In this document: in pieces, positions 31,101 through 34,755 of the stretch | Position numbering within the stretch: the stretch's first letter is position 1 | Layout: every line of letters starts with the position of its first letter | Assembly (NCBI GenBank): GCA_964629655.1 | Contig: CAZVQU010000002.1 | Span: forward strand, 396,878 to 460,877 | DNA from: an uncultured Planctomycetia bacterium | GTDB taxonomy: Bacteria > Omnitrophota > Gorgyraeia > Duberdicusellales > 4484-171 | DNA: 64,000 nt | Reading direction: 5' to 3' | The notes under the pieces: model-generated | Told to the model about the DNA's origin: nothing | What the model saw: only the letters and a program-made list of their open reading frames with translations | Database searches by the model: none | Position numbers and translations under genes: made by a program

Positions 31101-32459
31101 TAAGAAATCATAATAAGCAACACTGCCTTCCCCAGCCTCTAAGCCAACATATCCCTGTTTTAATCCGTCTTTGTTGGTGTAACTTATTTCTGCTTCGGAG
31201 ACCGAGGCTTCTGAATATCGTTCAAACTTTAAGTCATCTTCTTTAGCACTGACTTTATAGTTATATACAGTTCTGGCTGAAATAGGCTTAGCTTGGTTTA
31301 CCTTTACAATGCCACCTATTGCCAGACAGTGTTCAGCGCCTTCATAAACTGAGGAATAAGCAACTTGCTCAAGGCCTAGGTCATCGTCTCTGATAATCAG
31401 CTGGTTCTCAAAACCAATCTCGGATTTTGCCTGGTATTCGATTATGCCGTCTTTAAACTGATAGTCTTTAGATCTAATCACTGTTCCGTTCAGCATTAAT
31501 TGGGAATTAAGGAGTTCATAACCTCCGCCTAAGCCTATATCGGCTTGCCAAACTTCCTGGTCCAATTCATCCTGGGAAAAATCATCAAAGAAATCAAAGA
31601 CATCTTTGCCGCTGGATAAACTTTTAGCTACGGAATTGCCATAATACATATATATAGGTAAGCCCTTAACAGGTATCTGGGGAAGCTTTACCCAAAAAGA
31701 AGCTACTTGGTTTGGACTTTTGCCGGTAACGCCCTCTAAAAGATAAGGCAGAATGGTCTCTCCGTCAGCGGCAGTAAAACGAATATCTCCGAAATCAGCC
31801 TTAGCCTCACCTTGACAACCGACCTCGGCTCCGGAAGTATTAGCTGATTGGCCAACTGATATAGGTATTTGATAGTTAAATAATTCTTCTTCTGAAGGAT
31901 TGGTAATACGAAGAAATTTTCTAAATTTAAATCCTGAAAGTTCTGGCTCGCCAAAACTTCCGCCGGCTCCGGATACATCGGTATAGGCAACTTTGATCTC
32001 AAAAAGTTGACTATCCAGACCAAGGGTTACCCGCCATTTAAGTCGCTTCCCGCTCTTGACTAAATCAAAAGGTACTCCATAGACCATTTGGGAATAACTC
32101 TTCCCGTTGTCAGTACTAAGCTCTAAGGTTACTTGGCCCTTAAATTCCCATGTAGCAGTAAGGCTTTTTATCTTGCTAGCAGTCCTAACAGCCTTAATGA
32201 GTTCATGGATACCATCTGCGGAAAGTTCAGGTAAAGAATAATCCCCTTTCCCATCTGTACGCCAAACCAAAGGAGATTTATGAGTAACTACCTCGGTTGT
32301 CTGTTGCTCAGAAGAACTAGCACTGCCAATAGCAAGAGACAAAGAAAGCCCTACTAAAAGAGAAAGAGTAACCAGCAGGGCTACTCTCCTTTTCGTTTTA
32401 CTTTGCTTTCTTTGTTTTGCTTTTTCGTAATTCACTTTACACCTTTTTTTAAACTCCAA
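4200..32459 (-). CDS. Giant (9419 aa) surface protein / putative adhesin with DUF2341-like, LamG-like, glycine-rich and Ig-like domains
   Basis: Uninterrupted 28.26-kb ORF with a basic N-region plus hydrophobic signal/TM segment. Five DUF2341-like domains (DIRF...W...Y.YY), about eight LamG-like domains (FDG..DY ... G.IDEV.IY.RAL), 11 LGSGGG modules and about 15 PNGGE-type Ig-like repeats. Start uncertain (TTG 32459 or GTG 32435). Confidence 0.92.
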   Translation of the reverse strand: MEFKKRCKVNYEKAKQRKQSKTKRRVALLVTLSLLVGLSLSLAIGSASSSEQQTTEVVTHKSPLVWRTDGKGDYSLPELSADGIHELIKAVRTASKIKSLTATWEFKGQVTLELSTDNGKSYSQMVYGVPFDLVKSGKRLKWRVTLGLDSQLFEIKVAYTDVSGAGGSFGEPELSGFKFRKFLRITNPSEEELFNYQIPISVGQSANTSGAEVGCQGEAKADFGDIRFTAADGETILPYLLEGVTGKSPNQVASFWVKLPQIPVKGLPIYMYYGNSVAKSLSSGKDVFDFFDDFSQDELDQEVWQADIGLGGGYELLNSQLMLNGTVIRSKDYQFKDGIIEYQAKSEIGFENQLIIRDDDLGLEQVAYSSVYEGAEHCLAIGGIVKVNQAKPISARTVYNYKVSAKEDDLKFERYSEASVSEAEISYTNKDGLKQGYVGLEAGEGSVAYYDFLRVRKYVETEPYVSSSADQENIRLAEFFETIVSDNGDVVLKATEGAYSSLGRYTTEPISTACNITAITPTIKLASDTLKSASKSQAISMDISADGGLNWKESCESGMTYTGMDDFSVGKELSLRVNLSTGNTTATPKLEELKLEYSIAPKVSSVKVDCSGATGTQGVYIAGDSMVIKWDNSADGDNNSDIVSVSCNFAPFGGEGVTPMYDDDGDDIYAVEYKIPEDVDVTANIFVTATNRCGITTKDGHILIVNTIPDQAAALAETEEGTDQEAISPEDVVSQEGVLEESVTQPDFEPGVASAQGFGVIVYNSQSAPEDFYLKNEAGKFVPYIFEEVSPRRYEVSLKSLNGVQKYVFTRKGIALLEDAGNGFQKKVKNSWFYIQKMGTFPWQWEDVEPKKGKLSYSENDNGTVTIYNKSSQGTVTAQLGFDGEKYYNKFSVEGDNQALGSAKKRVRWDTVFNKKGLIKKDNANVRRRIKRKVKRFLRAAKQEIVEGEVSREKFDNVLIDWKDFKKSERSKKRKKTRAQRLTGTNENNPHKASTCRVWFYEDGKAGDIVIDPVLSATQASGTITIQTAGLTTSDFKLVFKEADAGVSEFYKGTGSAWSTNYGSATELLTELDQDSALQVDSSSVLKLLEANSTRARVENKFSLASEATVTEEWTIYSTGKIIKRIKYEKLLAGTEARSVDDDATDYVATGMSGYHPSTPAAGRSTATYYDTQLIELIATATGEITDYQDPGTVSIVTGTVETAARGDADADGFNEGEGSYEVRVRTQDNKFLFGLDGSGQTKYKPIFMAREAYPSSASANHILAHYRLDETTGTTVDNAQGTANRDATASEAVETNITTATAQRGTGFNLKDDAENLAITSANIMSDWSKGTIEFWYRPNYDFAAAQTEAKYLFGSAASGTANAIWARVYDDTDEATLEFGIKGAGNQSSVTITETDDSLWKANGWVHLRFTWDDTATDVCRIYYNGQYVTQTHTDTTSALTVLGTSFFFGDYKTSGTDNAEGIFDEIYIYNAAILPFGAYHSDFAGSYAKPHSDLTLYWNGDGSGIQYSGAGTGSVTSSGSFASALVGNGFLNDASDEYVQVASASNIVAATGSLSLWLKSSDSSPAAQYIFYNNDNLALSFDNQGNLVFELEGNNDIETTGDYYDSEWHHVRLTWDYTNDVYKIYVDGREQGSETASLTAPSLATNIFFSAKDASGTNNFEGLIDEVYITSSASTPQVQTAYGDPIKMIQLSVDGTAKTQGSEYNCSRIHSASDYIVQYLSDVAADVNISMTDDTSSTTISAPITLTDDTVYRDLTISGTTLTVDSYNKAGGAGQITIIATNLTLDAGAVISANGTGYPGGFSDTDNGNGYGPGEGEGRGNNGSALISGSGGGYGGKGGKGYSGIEPEYGKPYGSIKEPTDLGSGGGGTYSNNRLGGAGGGSLKIVVLDTFTLNGSITANGVAGTNNGGASSQRATGGGSGGSIWIDAGALDGTGSVISNGGDGGNDNWDGGGGGGGRIAIYYTADTSSLATLSTYGGSGRDNAERAGSGTIFKKDDGQTNGDLTTSNNNNSGRDTPFVDGTYTFDSITVQEDAHITLSASDTVTTDNFTISDATVENNDGSLTVNTAYTMAGSRHIQSTDATFDGSAATISFTSGTNYWDISKDVASDPIFTSGSISAGATLTHSDHVSTGTHLYSLILETTGDLTLASTAYINVNNLGYSGGYGDVEGSVTGNTGSGFGTGGGYGPDGEYQRGGGGGGYGGEGGITAGRSGYTGAGGIAYGSITAPVDLGSGGGGSRATNRWGGDGGGAIKLTVGGTLTVTGDITANGEDGEMNGGYGSQISAGGGSGGSIWIDADVLEGAGAVTANGGDGADDTYDGAGGAGGRIAIYYTTDDSTITPTAYGGSGIVGSQIGGAGTIYQKDAAQDGDLTVANNTGSASSADTPIPDATYTFKDFDIKDNAQVILSASDTITTANLALDTDVLLDNNDATLTINAACTLAGGRYIQSTDATFDGSSATLNATSGITYWDISKDVGTEPLFSSGGIAQGATLTHYDHTTSDSHTYSLILETTNDLIINNGAYIDVSSRGFRGGYGDTNGSLANQTGEGFGTGAGYGSNGDYDEGGGGAGYGGGGGISNGYYAANVTAGGTSYGSVTEPVDLGSGGGGVRSPNIWGGDGGGVVKLIVGGTLTVTGDITAGGGNGSINGGHSSYMSGGGGSGGSLWIDAGVLIGTGNIKADGGSGGDDNRDGAGGSGGRIAIYYTTDSFEGTVGAYGGSGRSLSQRGSAGTIYKDNGVQANGDLILDGGGTGIAYKRASGVGELSETFDNVIVKNYINYNGALTTVDLDVQASGSLGHQVHQRSEIEETYFLNITVTDDAVITGDIGVYGQGFSGGNGNPGDGIGTGAGDGGYDACYCRGGSGGGYGGIGGQGDQNSIGGSGYGSVITPNNLGSGGGGSTYRGSATPGNGGAGGGELKLTVTDTLTVAGSINADGDNGVAYYECGGGGSGGSLWIVAGTIEGSGSITANGGDGGDWEDDGGGGSGGRIAIYYTTDTFDGDLTAYGGAGGTNAQRGGVGTIYKNDGVQTNGDLILDGGANGAAYSLAPGVTAIVQLFDNVNVRNTVSYNGLLTTVDLDVESGAVFGHQLHQPSEVDKTYWLTVEVDDDAVITGEINVNDRGFAAGAGDPGDGVGTGAGAGAYSQGYDRGGNGAGHAGYGGRGYFNSTELGGSPYGSVTEPITLGSGGGDIYRQNYTPGSGGGVVKLDVTDTLTVAGSITSNGGDGGGNDEGTGGGSGGSIWIITDILDGDGVISANGGDGFDTNQDGGGGSGGRIAIYYATDNSSIVPTAYGGSGGNTAQTGSVGTIFEKDTDGQTNGDLTLYGEGTGSIVYNQAGGVQNTDQAFDNVIVKNSANYNGTLNTVDLDIQADAVLGHQMHQLSEDTETYRLEITVTDDAVITGELNVSYQGFSHGTGNPGTGIGPGGGSGEWDSTQTKGGSGGGYGGIGGRGNESSSVAGGSTYGSAIQPANLGSGGGCSEYRWNSGQLSTGSGGGELKLIVTDTLTVTGAISANGRNGGGYAEGTGGGAGGSIWIETDTLAGDGVITANGGDGRNYEDDGGGGGGGRIAIHYATADNSSIEPTAYGGAGTDNAQRGGTGTIYKKGPSHTDGELILQGGGVDSTYQLAAATGTVAGSFDNVIVRQATNYNGLLTTADLDVQAGAIFGHQMHQVSQVAKAYSLEIVVTDDAVITGDIDVNEQGFSGAPVGTPGHGVGDGGGRGSNGNVNVSACGGNYGGYGGRGYGNAIASLSTYGSYTAPIDLGSGGGATPSGTGYGGSGGGAVKLTVTDTLTVTGNITANGGNGYYNGGTSSWYAGGGGSGGSIYLTADTITGAGDITANGGRVQDDTWDGGGGGGGRIAIYYTTADTHTGALSAGGGTGYLTGQRGGVGTIFKKDTDGQTVGELILDSGGTDSTYTQAAAMDAIVADFDKFVVKNASNYNGALTTDYLEIEAGGSLGHAPNDDTKVYWLDITVSGDALITGAINVNAQGFAGGIGNPGTGEGGDGGAGGGGGNGGLTIVSGSGGGYGGPGGDGYNAEANELSGGSIYGSIKEPEDLGSGGGGTVLNDRYGGDGGGAVKLTVTGTLTVAGSITANGGAGIRDGGNASLYTGGGGSGGSIWIDADTITGSGTISANGGNAADDTWDGGGGGGGRIAIYSTENTFAGTLSAAGGSGYTTGERAGAGTIYEKDDGQTNGDLTMDNNNNVGLYTPYATGTIVFDNLTVKEDAVLDHSGGSITVGNTFTLADDGRYIHGASSTLDVSAATLTVSSGIGYFDVPEDISSEPVFSAITIPSAATLKHSANTDTHTYSLILEATGDVTVDAAGTIAVNGDGYSGVAAGDGNGSGGGRGTDSNQYASASGASYGGYGAMGSGSYGVGNVVYGSITVPVDLGSSGGGTYSTSRAGGAGGGALKLTVGGTLTVNGDITATGGNGVANGGNPTWFSSGAGSGGSVYIIAPTLEGTGNISANGGDGAVDTQWGGGGSGGRVAIYYTTDNSSIAFNSYGGRGYKTYYGAAGTVYKKTPAQTNGELIIGNNDWNSDVDTHLVDGTYTFDDITIDKKAKLRLSAGDTLTSTNLTIDNNGVLDNNAGSLTVDTTFTLDAGGRYIQEKAATLATSSAALAITSSTCYWNIHKDVTTDPTFSSVSISAGATLSHYSQYAEHVYSLILKTTGGITIPVGGYINVDNRGYRGGLGVPGTGNGPGGGAGNDGTRAVCGGGASHGGKGGDSYNSLAGNVYGSITEPVDLGSGGGGTYYNDRYGGTGGGVVKLTAGGTLSVGGNITANASAGETDGGTSSQYGAGGGSGGSIYLIADTITGSGTISTNGGNGGNDQTNDGGGGSGGRIAIYYAENTSTGGINSLGGWGYGAEYGAAGTIFLDDTDDSNLYGELRIKNNDLLTNVNVTTHLPEDNFDSSSSTINFDVVNVANDARLGIPGGYTLSVEGDVNIGTENANYDIAQILIKGSASLDLADAVPPAWYDVDWLSSQKFIINSDLIDETLADFPVLVRLDSSNSSVFGAALSTGYDILFTASDGETKLDHEIEKYIDTAGNELLIAHVEIPSISSSVDTVFYMYYENAAAGDQQNITGVWDDANYVMVQHMNQDPTSSQIIDSTDNDNDGTARGLMTSSGKGLISGKIGDCLDFDGSGDAIVIPDSASLDLVGDQYTLEAWIYVRNYSSDYRLIVAKGAPNANTNWSYFMDIRTDGRLRNDVRNTTGTAYLLENYGLARSSVTYQWHYVSAVYNGATDTLVSYIGGRQVGSRATGGTLRQTDALVTIGGYWNQANNDQNPFLGAIDEVRISSTPRSAAWLKASYYSMNDSLFVTTTTTTGSGTIVADNINIYGVDGVGASLSANGQGSIHDLGTGAGGTGSSTYGAGGGYGGAGEDSTDGGTGGTTYGSNTAPVDLGSGGGSDDGGAGGGAMVLAILNTLTVDGFLSSDGDDAANDGGGGSGGSIYAAVGSLDGAGIITAEGGAAAGEGGLGGGGRIRLTAEDGSPATFAGTMTAYDGSGATGSNDGTVSIDYICTPPTLVLPADTYAYEPVRPIFELYTTHGIDAPAQFKILLAEDVDFTTGLQTFDQTSSQTGWSGQDAASNTAYATTSSSGTHAFYTLQSNLTRDDTYYWKAYAIDPAGSAEWSKASVVRSFTVGATLTLVSPNGTESWRTRSAHDITWTHVGPVVNVKLLYAIDGSTFENVAIASTANDDSYSWTIPYLDSTTVKVRIEDVNDSGTYDESNANFTILPSILTMTSPDGTEEWTVSSDHDITFTTTGVIPNVNLHYLDIDDGSEDPYTVGSDSLQYRVPITVTNNGSTLTDYTVMVDDFDTLTLINAGKMQEDGADIRFTNAASAKLNYWIASGINTATTDIWFEADSLPGSAAETTIYLYYGSVDAHRETATLDIASGRADPEPTLVVGSATGDGSWQKILIADSIANSSPYADWTVPRHIIDEAKVRVEDSYDTGIFDVSDAVFSMVLPTLTLLTPSDAAIELDTEQEYSITWDYSGPISNLLALYYSTDSGATYPNTIATAIDHYGVDYALTDGTFSYRRPATLTNAAGQVFNDYGVQITLDTEALIAAGKMQADGDDIRFTNVSSEELSYWLQSGIDTDSTSVWVELATIPTGDTTIYMHYGNDSVSSDSSVITPPDPAEVTSVLGSEDINTSYTWTVPYDPSATAKVKVQDTFYQELIDTSADQFGLGTHSDTEVSGTGNDAGVTLGDAGGVSIGLVSAWHFNEGTGTAAADSSGSNNGTITGATWNTASEKLGAAALSFDGNDYVDSGNGASLDFGTGSFTVVAWAKSSAQTTGRIVNKGDCVGSGAYGWGISPRSSGEIWYIVGLGGTEVMNKKLGDNYDTGWHQYALVVDRASDELQGYLDAVAVASATDISAYSADTSDTTRAVTMGVGKRQSDDALVEYFTGSIDEVLIYNRALSLAEIQTLYNSGSGVESDVYSSSGTFTSRAIDTLGTEEYGTLDWNATIPAESEGAGGLISTDMSGLVSLWHLDEGGGAVAGDSKGTDDGGITGATWETSDYRVGSGALSFDGTDDYVDIGYSSGFFTQSTDQETISITAWVKPDSVDSWQAIYQLGGASNGAVLGIKNDGTVMFVTREGSTSESVTSPSALTPGEWVHLTGSKSSSDMTLYINGVEVATNPGAYTWNTGGAGNVIGHDGDKGAGFYQSTMRGTQDVDEYFDGIIDEVAVFDRALTADEILLLYTGQEVKFQLAGSDDGSSWDNFIGAEGTITDYFTTSGTDMPVSLDSKRYLKYKAYLGTGNRGYTPTLNEVKFSFTDSVEADRIFNDPSNNNFSILARPITYYTITTTTPQKVAVGWSETVTAYDEMDHVVTADSSTELTLTDTGNATFYTDDTYVTETTTYTLADGQATVYLKSNTVETLTINADDSTYDVTSNTITVASPLTLSEPNGGDEWELWTSHNIIWASDESVSDDIIVKYTTVDEEPWDGDNWDSIDTGQTASKTYNHRFELSSDISTTARIKVYSLSAIEAGIEYYDISDANFAIAAIPIMEITSPESGDERKIGYTYDITWDRTGRLYDTVDISYSSDNGSTWTLVEADVTNNGTYSWLTPDSQTAQAKVKIVESAVPANRDTNTVRQVVSDPFSITAPTVTLVAPNGDEVWVYSDEEQITWTLEGKVSNDLLLEYSKDGFASDTHTIYDGVIPTTGLVPGYGYGKKVTITNTGNMAYNYQFKLTLDTEALIAAGKMQADGDDIRFKDDTANLCSYYLVPNTIDTTDTEIWVKVPEVPAGTSYVFMYYDNSTATSGSSYDDAMTKYPEGTLSTSGMVGEWLFNDASGLTAADSSGQGNDGTISGTPSALIFDGVNDYVDLGSTNDLIGDNLQTITVSMWLKYTSAVSRYVLSLKRAAAPETLLSLVINADAGNNDDLGYLGFLTSPPAGGSHTWLTHKLGAGYNDDNWHHLVAVVDGATRTLYIDGVQRGTDSEGLQSVTGNTYSAVIGAHATTAPPSIPFPGSIDEVRIYTRALSGSEVTEHYNGVFSDETDLVALYSFDETDVTDQTVISDSSGQGNDGTFNDSDATQHHITDSPVSGADWSTGKLGGSLVFNDTDAYTDVGDISADTKTVEFWVNNDNSDDGILELVDDTIYISIASGAITATGFTSPTIYVNADSSSQDLSAGWNHVAVTTSSGVDTTALRVGEANDDYCGGRIDELRLHSNVLTAEKIREHYDIGNGLIGVWNLDEGSGTTAADSSRQGNTGTITGATWDADTDPTTFSTGSVLSFDGTSDYMTVANNLFSGETYTTNTQWVYITSYPSSTNVGTLHAWASEDQIACDITSDGYLEFWINSAKRAETSTPIGTNQWVHLAWVTDGTYAKIYKDGSEVASEAWSSPIATSSQALYSFKRSDSDTYLAGKLDGLTVYNRALSADEITAHYERRKFIDPEPTAGTPAAEQAVNSYTWTIPDDESTTVKVRITDNERNAVTDDSDNNFTILSRPRINIIQPNGGELVTVADAYEIQWSTDGDEVADDGLKIEYSKDDFVDDTNSITSDTVNDGSFNWLNVPEDVTNTAKIRISDNESGYEDVIGISADYFQIELPEVTLTSPNGAEDWYATGDYAITWTKTGAVDPLTIEYSLNNGTDWTEITTGVTAALGTYTWTVEDSATAAALIRITDPLRPTTTDVSDAVFNIVEPSLTLTAPNGAESWIVGTAHDITWTSVGTNGSVHDGSLVLKYSKNGTDWTTITQNQANDGVYPWTIPDDTSETVQVKVYDGDRIATTDTSDAVLAIASPTVTVTSPVGGEQWRMGTDHDITWTSVGSVAANNIRIQYSTDGGGSWSMVTQNEDNDGVYPWEVPDPGAAAGTCKIRITDMGRADTPQDVSPGVFAITAPTFTLVAPNGGETWTVGDSEWISWSSEGALADDLIIEYSNDNFLTEENIHTIADNVNNELTTLSWTIPEYLYTTVRLRITDTGRTASTIKSAANFSILPTPVLTITAPNGGESWIMGTDHEITWTDNSGLISNNLTLEYSIDNGDNWVEIATGEANDGTYDWTVPSDAGFLTAKAQTLVRITDANRSSTTDASGAVFTIALPVITITQPNGGEEWAVDDFAIVHWTSVGAVSDDLVFYYSVDGGSNWESPAEASGEANDGESIWQIPDNPSPYIRFKIVDGSRPNVLDVTDENFTIIPEPIILITAPAGGEEYVLGDTVEITWSWMGLSISNLMISYSNDSFVTSRIIATGEDNDGSYDWTIPEAALTGQTLAIRITDAGDTSVTDDTDGFFRIKGGFEILVPNGGEDWIAKSPHSINWTTRGTITTVKIEYTLDDGDTWNPVIAATPNLNAYNWTLPDPKIAVDPPKADSAVKVRISDVNDSTVNDETDESFTISYATVQFKVLDYDTLGNLTEVGASEPSSTGWSAAGLVSPIERVSAYPYSTYTTYFTVNEYIDNTATWTAPVNGGGTYSVTCYLENQASAQVTWESVLTYSFSPAVDTLSAIGSLQRKGKLVGTTAEQRSDLGPASLTIYETDGETVRDTVTASVSASGMYNFTLTDTEFEAGYVYPAVLEIEYRDNGYASSANIDVGSEILQYEFFTNTAAQLTDSVSTIENAVAGGTEDVQESLIESVTAIKNDTAELVATQTEVIEDAVTEGVADTISIIGGEDLSSGETIASRISLTSTSRILNQESHIRSNGTLSVRYKTDTGTSPVISVYDAANATRINEAAMTEISSGTGIYAYDVTFAWGRGEHTIVCQEKTNGTLDGINIEVISADLESIANTATSTMAQLTNIDTSKMETLTDSVDRVNSIISEIMGSMGELASLSSKMKELTDTTVKAIYDQLAVTSQKLKAINEGQGVKIEKMYELSTGQSTNVDYIKNKTLEIKALVDVSQEILTRTSDEPIVTSWLESAGGEGGEALEQEPVENTPKPVESEEPEPGIIQGGTPGLTEDVVEEYIEQ
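5900..8580 (-). repeat. Nine tandem ~98-aa Ig-like repeats (P-N-G-G-E...ITW...YS.D.G..W...NDG.Y.W.VP...D.SD..F.I)
   Basis: Repeat starts near 8555, 8250, 7965, 7670, 7375, 7075, 6770, 6480 and 6190. Six more related units lie between ~11100 and 15520. Resembles Kre9/KNH-like Ig folds. Confidence 0.85.
17850..27100 (-). repeat. Ten tandem glycine-rich modules (~290-370 aa each); an 11th copy at ~15900-16450
   Basis: LGS(G/S)GG motifs near 26870, 25760, 24640, 23780, 22910, 22045, 21175, 20290, 19290 and 18225 (and 16245), each followed by GGGSGGSIWI-like and GGGG.RIAIYY-like segments. A 52-bp identical DNA stretch occurs at 19988-20039 and 20873-20924. Confidence 0.9.
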
Positions 32460-32527
32460 ATTGAATCGGATAAAAGCTTTATTTACCTTTACCCTTTTTT
32501 ATCTCTCTCCTCCTATTTTCTACTATA

Positions 32528-32596
32528 AATATAACCTATATTAGGATTATTGCCTAGATGCAAAACTACTCTATTTCCTTGCACAATCTACTCTAT
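32528..32596 (-). promoter_or_regulatory. Putative activator-dependent promoter of the giant gene with paired direct-repeat sites
   Basis: Weak -35 TAGGCA (32556-32551), 17 bp, -10 TATATT (32533-32528). CTACTCTAT direct repeat at 32566-32574 and 32588-32596 (22-bp period) just upstream. Confidence 0.4.
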
Positions 32597-32640
32597 CCCA
32601 ATTTAGCCTCTAGAAAACGCTTATTATGTAAACGTTATCA

Positions 32641-33294
32641 CTAATATTCGTCAATATCTACAAGTTTATGCTTAATAGCGTATTTAATCAGATCGCTGCT
32701 CCGGCGTAGGCTAAGTTTCTTTAACAGGGCACTTTTATAGTTTTCGACTGTCCTGGGACTGATAAACAAGACATCAGCTATCTGTTTAGCTGTTTTCCCC
32801 TCAACCACCAAACGCAAGATTTCCTCCTCCCTGGAAGTCAAAAGGCTTTCTTTAGCCGGCTGTTTGGGCTTACTATCAATTGCTTTATCTACCAGATAGG
32901 AAGAAACAGTCGAACTCAAATAGGTTTCCCCGCGGGCAATTTTGCCAAGGGCCACCAAAAGGTCCTCTCCGGCATTTTCTTTATGGAGATAGCCCTTTGC
33001 CCCAGCTTTAAACGCTTTCATTATATAAGTATGGGCCTTATGCACAGTAATGATTAAAATCTTGGTTTTCGGTGAGATATAGTGAACCTGCTCAATTACT
33101 TCAAGGCCGCTTATTTTAGGCATCGAAATATCTAGAAGAAGGATATCCGGTTTAAGTTTCTTGACCACCGCCACTACCTCTTCTCCGTCTGCAGCTTCTC
33201 CAACTACCTCATAGTCAAGACTGTCACGAAGGATATTTTTTATCCCTTCGCGAATGATATCGTGATCATCGGAAATTACAATCGAAATAGCCAT
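32641..33294 (-). CDS. NarL/FixJ-family response regulator (REC + LuxR HTH)
   Basis: SDDH acidic pocket, LLDISMP phospho-Asp, C-terminal LTSREEEIL...IADVLFISPRTVENY HTH. Confidence 0.95.
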   Translation of the reverse strand: MAISIVISDDHDIIREGIKNILRDSLDYEVVGEAADGEEVVAVVKKLKPDILLLDISMPKISGLEVIEQVHYISPKTKILIITVHKAHTYIMKAFKAGAKGYLHKENAGEDLLVALGKIARGETYLSSTVSSYLVDKAIDSKPKQPAKESLLTSREEEILRLVVEGKTAKQIADVLFISPRTVENYKSALLKKLSLRRSSDLIKYAIKHKLVDIDEY

Positions 33295-33297
33295 AAT

Positions 33298-34698
33298 TTA
33301 AAGAATAGAAACATCCCCTTTGTCTTTTACCGGCAGCTTTACGATTAATTTTGTCCCACGACCAGGCGAAGTATCCACAGTCATTTTTCCGCCTAATAAT
33401 TCTGTTCTTTCACGCAAACCCAAAAGGCCCAATTTGAGTTTATCCTCTTTGCGCCGACGGGCAAACGGTTGTCTATAGTCAAACCCTATACCATCATCAG
33501 CAACAGTAAGGCAAACCGTATCGCCCTTTTTCTCTAAGGAAATCTTTGCTTTCTTAGCCTGTGAATGTTTAACGATATTGGTTAAACCCTCCTGAGCTAC
33601 CCGATAAAGAATAAGCGAATATTCACCGGGCAAATTTAAAGGCTTGGCTGGTAAACTTGAACTAAATTTAATCGAAGATATCGGTTTGTATTGAAAAATA
33701 AGACCGGCGATTGTATCGATTAATCCTACTTCTTCTAAGGCCGGCGGACGAAGAAGCTCAGCAATATTGTGACTTTTGTCTATTAAACCGGAGAGAATTT
33801 TTTTGCTTTGAGCAATGTCTTTCTTTGCTTCCTTATTTGAAGGAGTGAGTTTCTTATCAATAATGTCTGCATAAATCATTAAAGCACTTAGATCCTGACC
33901 CATCTGATCATGAACTTGAAAAGAAAGATTCTGGCGCTCTAACTCCTCGGCTCTAATCATCTTCTGAACTAGCTTTTTCCGCCTTTCCTGTCCGCTCTTA
34001 TGGTTACGATAGATGACCCAAGCGGTTTCACCGCCAAGGCCTAAGCCTAAAATTAAAGACCAGATTAAAAGCTTTATTGCCCGTTTCTTAGCCAGCTCGG
34101 CTAAGCGCAACTGCTCTTCCACAGCCTCTAGGTTAGTCTTCTGAATATTGCCGTCAATAAATTCATCGATTTTATACAACTTGTTTTCAAAGACCATCAC
34201 CAACTTATTTATAGTATCTTCTATCTTTTCCCTTTTTGGCCCTTTGGTATTCTCTAGGCGGTCAGCTGAATTAATAATCTTTTCCCCGATACCATACAGC
34301 TCTTGCTCCAGCTTCCTAACCTGTTCAATCCACTGACGCTCAATTGCTGTACGGGCAAAAGAAGTATAGCTAACTAACTGGTGTTGGAAATCAATCCTGG
34401 CAGTACTAATTGCTTCCCGGTTTGCCGCACCTTTGACAGCCCCAAGATATCTGGCGCTACGCCAAAAGATATAATTACGGACACCCCTCGCGTATGAGCT
34501 ATTATCTATACGCATCTCCAAGGCAGCCTTTTGAAGAGGAAAATAGTGCTTTCCTAGATCCTCTACACTTTTACTCAAAAATTGAATTTGAAAAATTCCG
34601 ATACAGCCAATGGCCACCATGAGAAAAAGCAACGCACTAAATCCACCGACTAATCTCCAATCAACTAGGTATCTCTTCATAAAACCTGGGTATAGCAC
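33298..34698 (-). CDS. Membrane sensor histidine kinase, HisKA_3 (NarX/UhpB-like) class
   Basis: Two TM helices flank a ~170-aa helical periplasmic domain; H-box ERQNLSFQVHDQMGQDL, N-box QEGLTNIVKHS, DDGIGF and GRGT. The start may be ATG 34680. Confidence 0.93.
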   Translation of the reverse strand: MLYPGFMKRYLVDWRLVGGFSALLFLMVAIGCIGIFQIQFLSKSVEDLGKHYFPLQKAALEMRIDNSSYARGVRNYIFWRSARYLGAVKGAANREAISTARIDFQHQLVSYTSFARTAIERQWIEQVRKLEQELYGIGEKIINSADRLENTKGPKREKIEDTINKLVMVFENKLYKIDEFIDGNIQKTNLEAVEEQLRLAELAKKRAIKLLIWSLILGLGLGGETAWVIYRNHKSGQERRKKLVQKMIRAEELERQNLSFQVHDQMGQDLSALMIYADIIDKKLTPSNKEAKKDIAQSKKILSGLIDKSHNIAELLRPPALEEVGLIDTIAGLIFQYKPISSIKFSSSLPAKPLNLPGEYSLILYRVAQEGLTNIVKHSQAKKAKISLEKKGDTVCLTVADDGIGFDYRQPFARRRKEDKLKLGLLGLRERTELLGGKMTVDTSPGRGTKLIVKLPVKDKGDVSIL

Positions 34699-34755
34699 AA
34701 TAACTGAAAATTAAAATGGTTTTATCTTCTAATGTCAAACGTACAGGGGAAGGCT

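Noticed and set aside
4200-32459. Diversity-generating retroelement acting on the giant protein's variable loops
   Set aside because: No reverse transcriptase or template/variable repeat pair is visible, and I could not establish adenine-specific variation.
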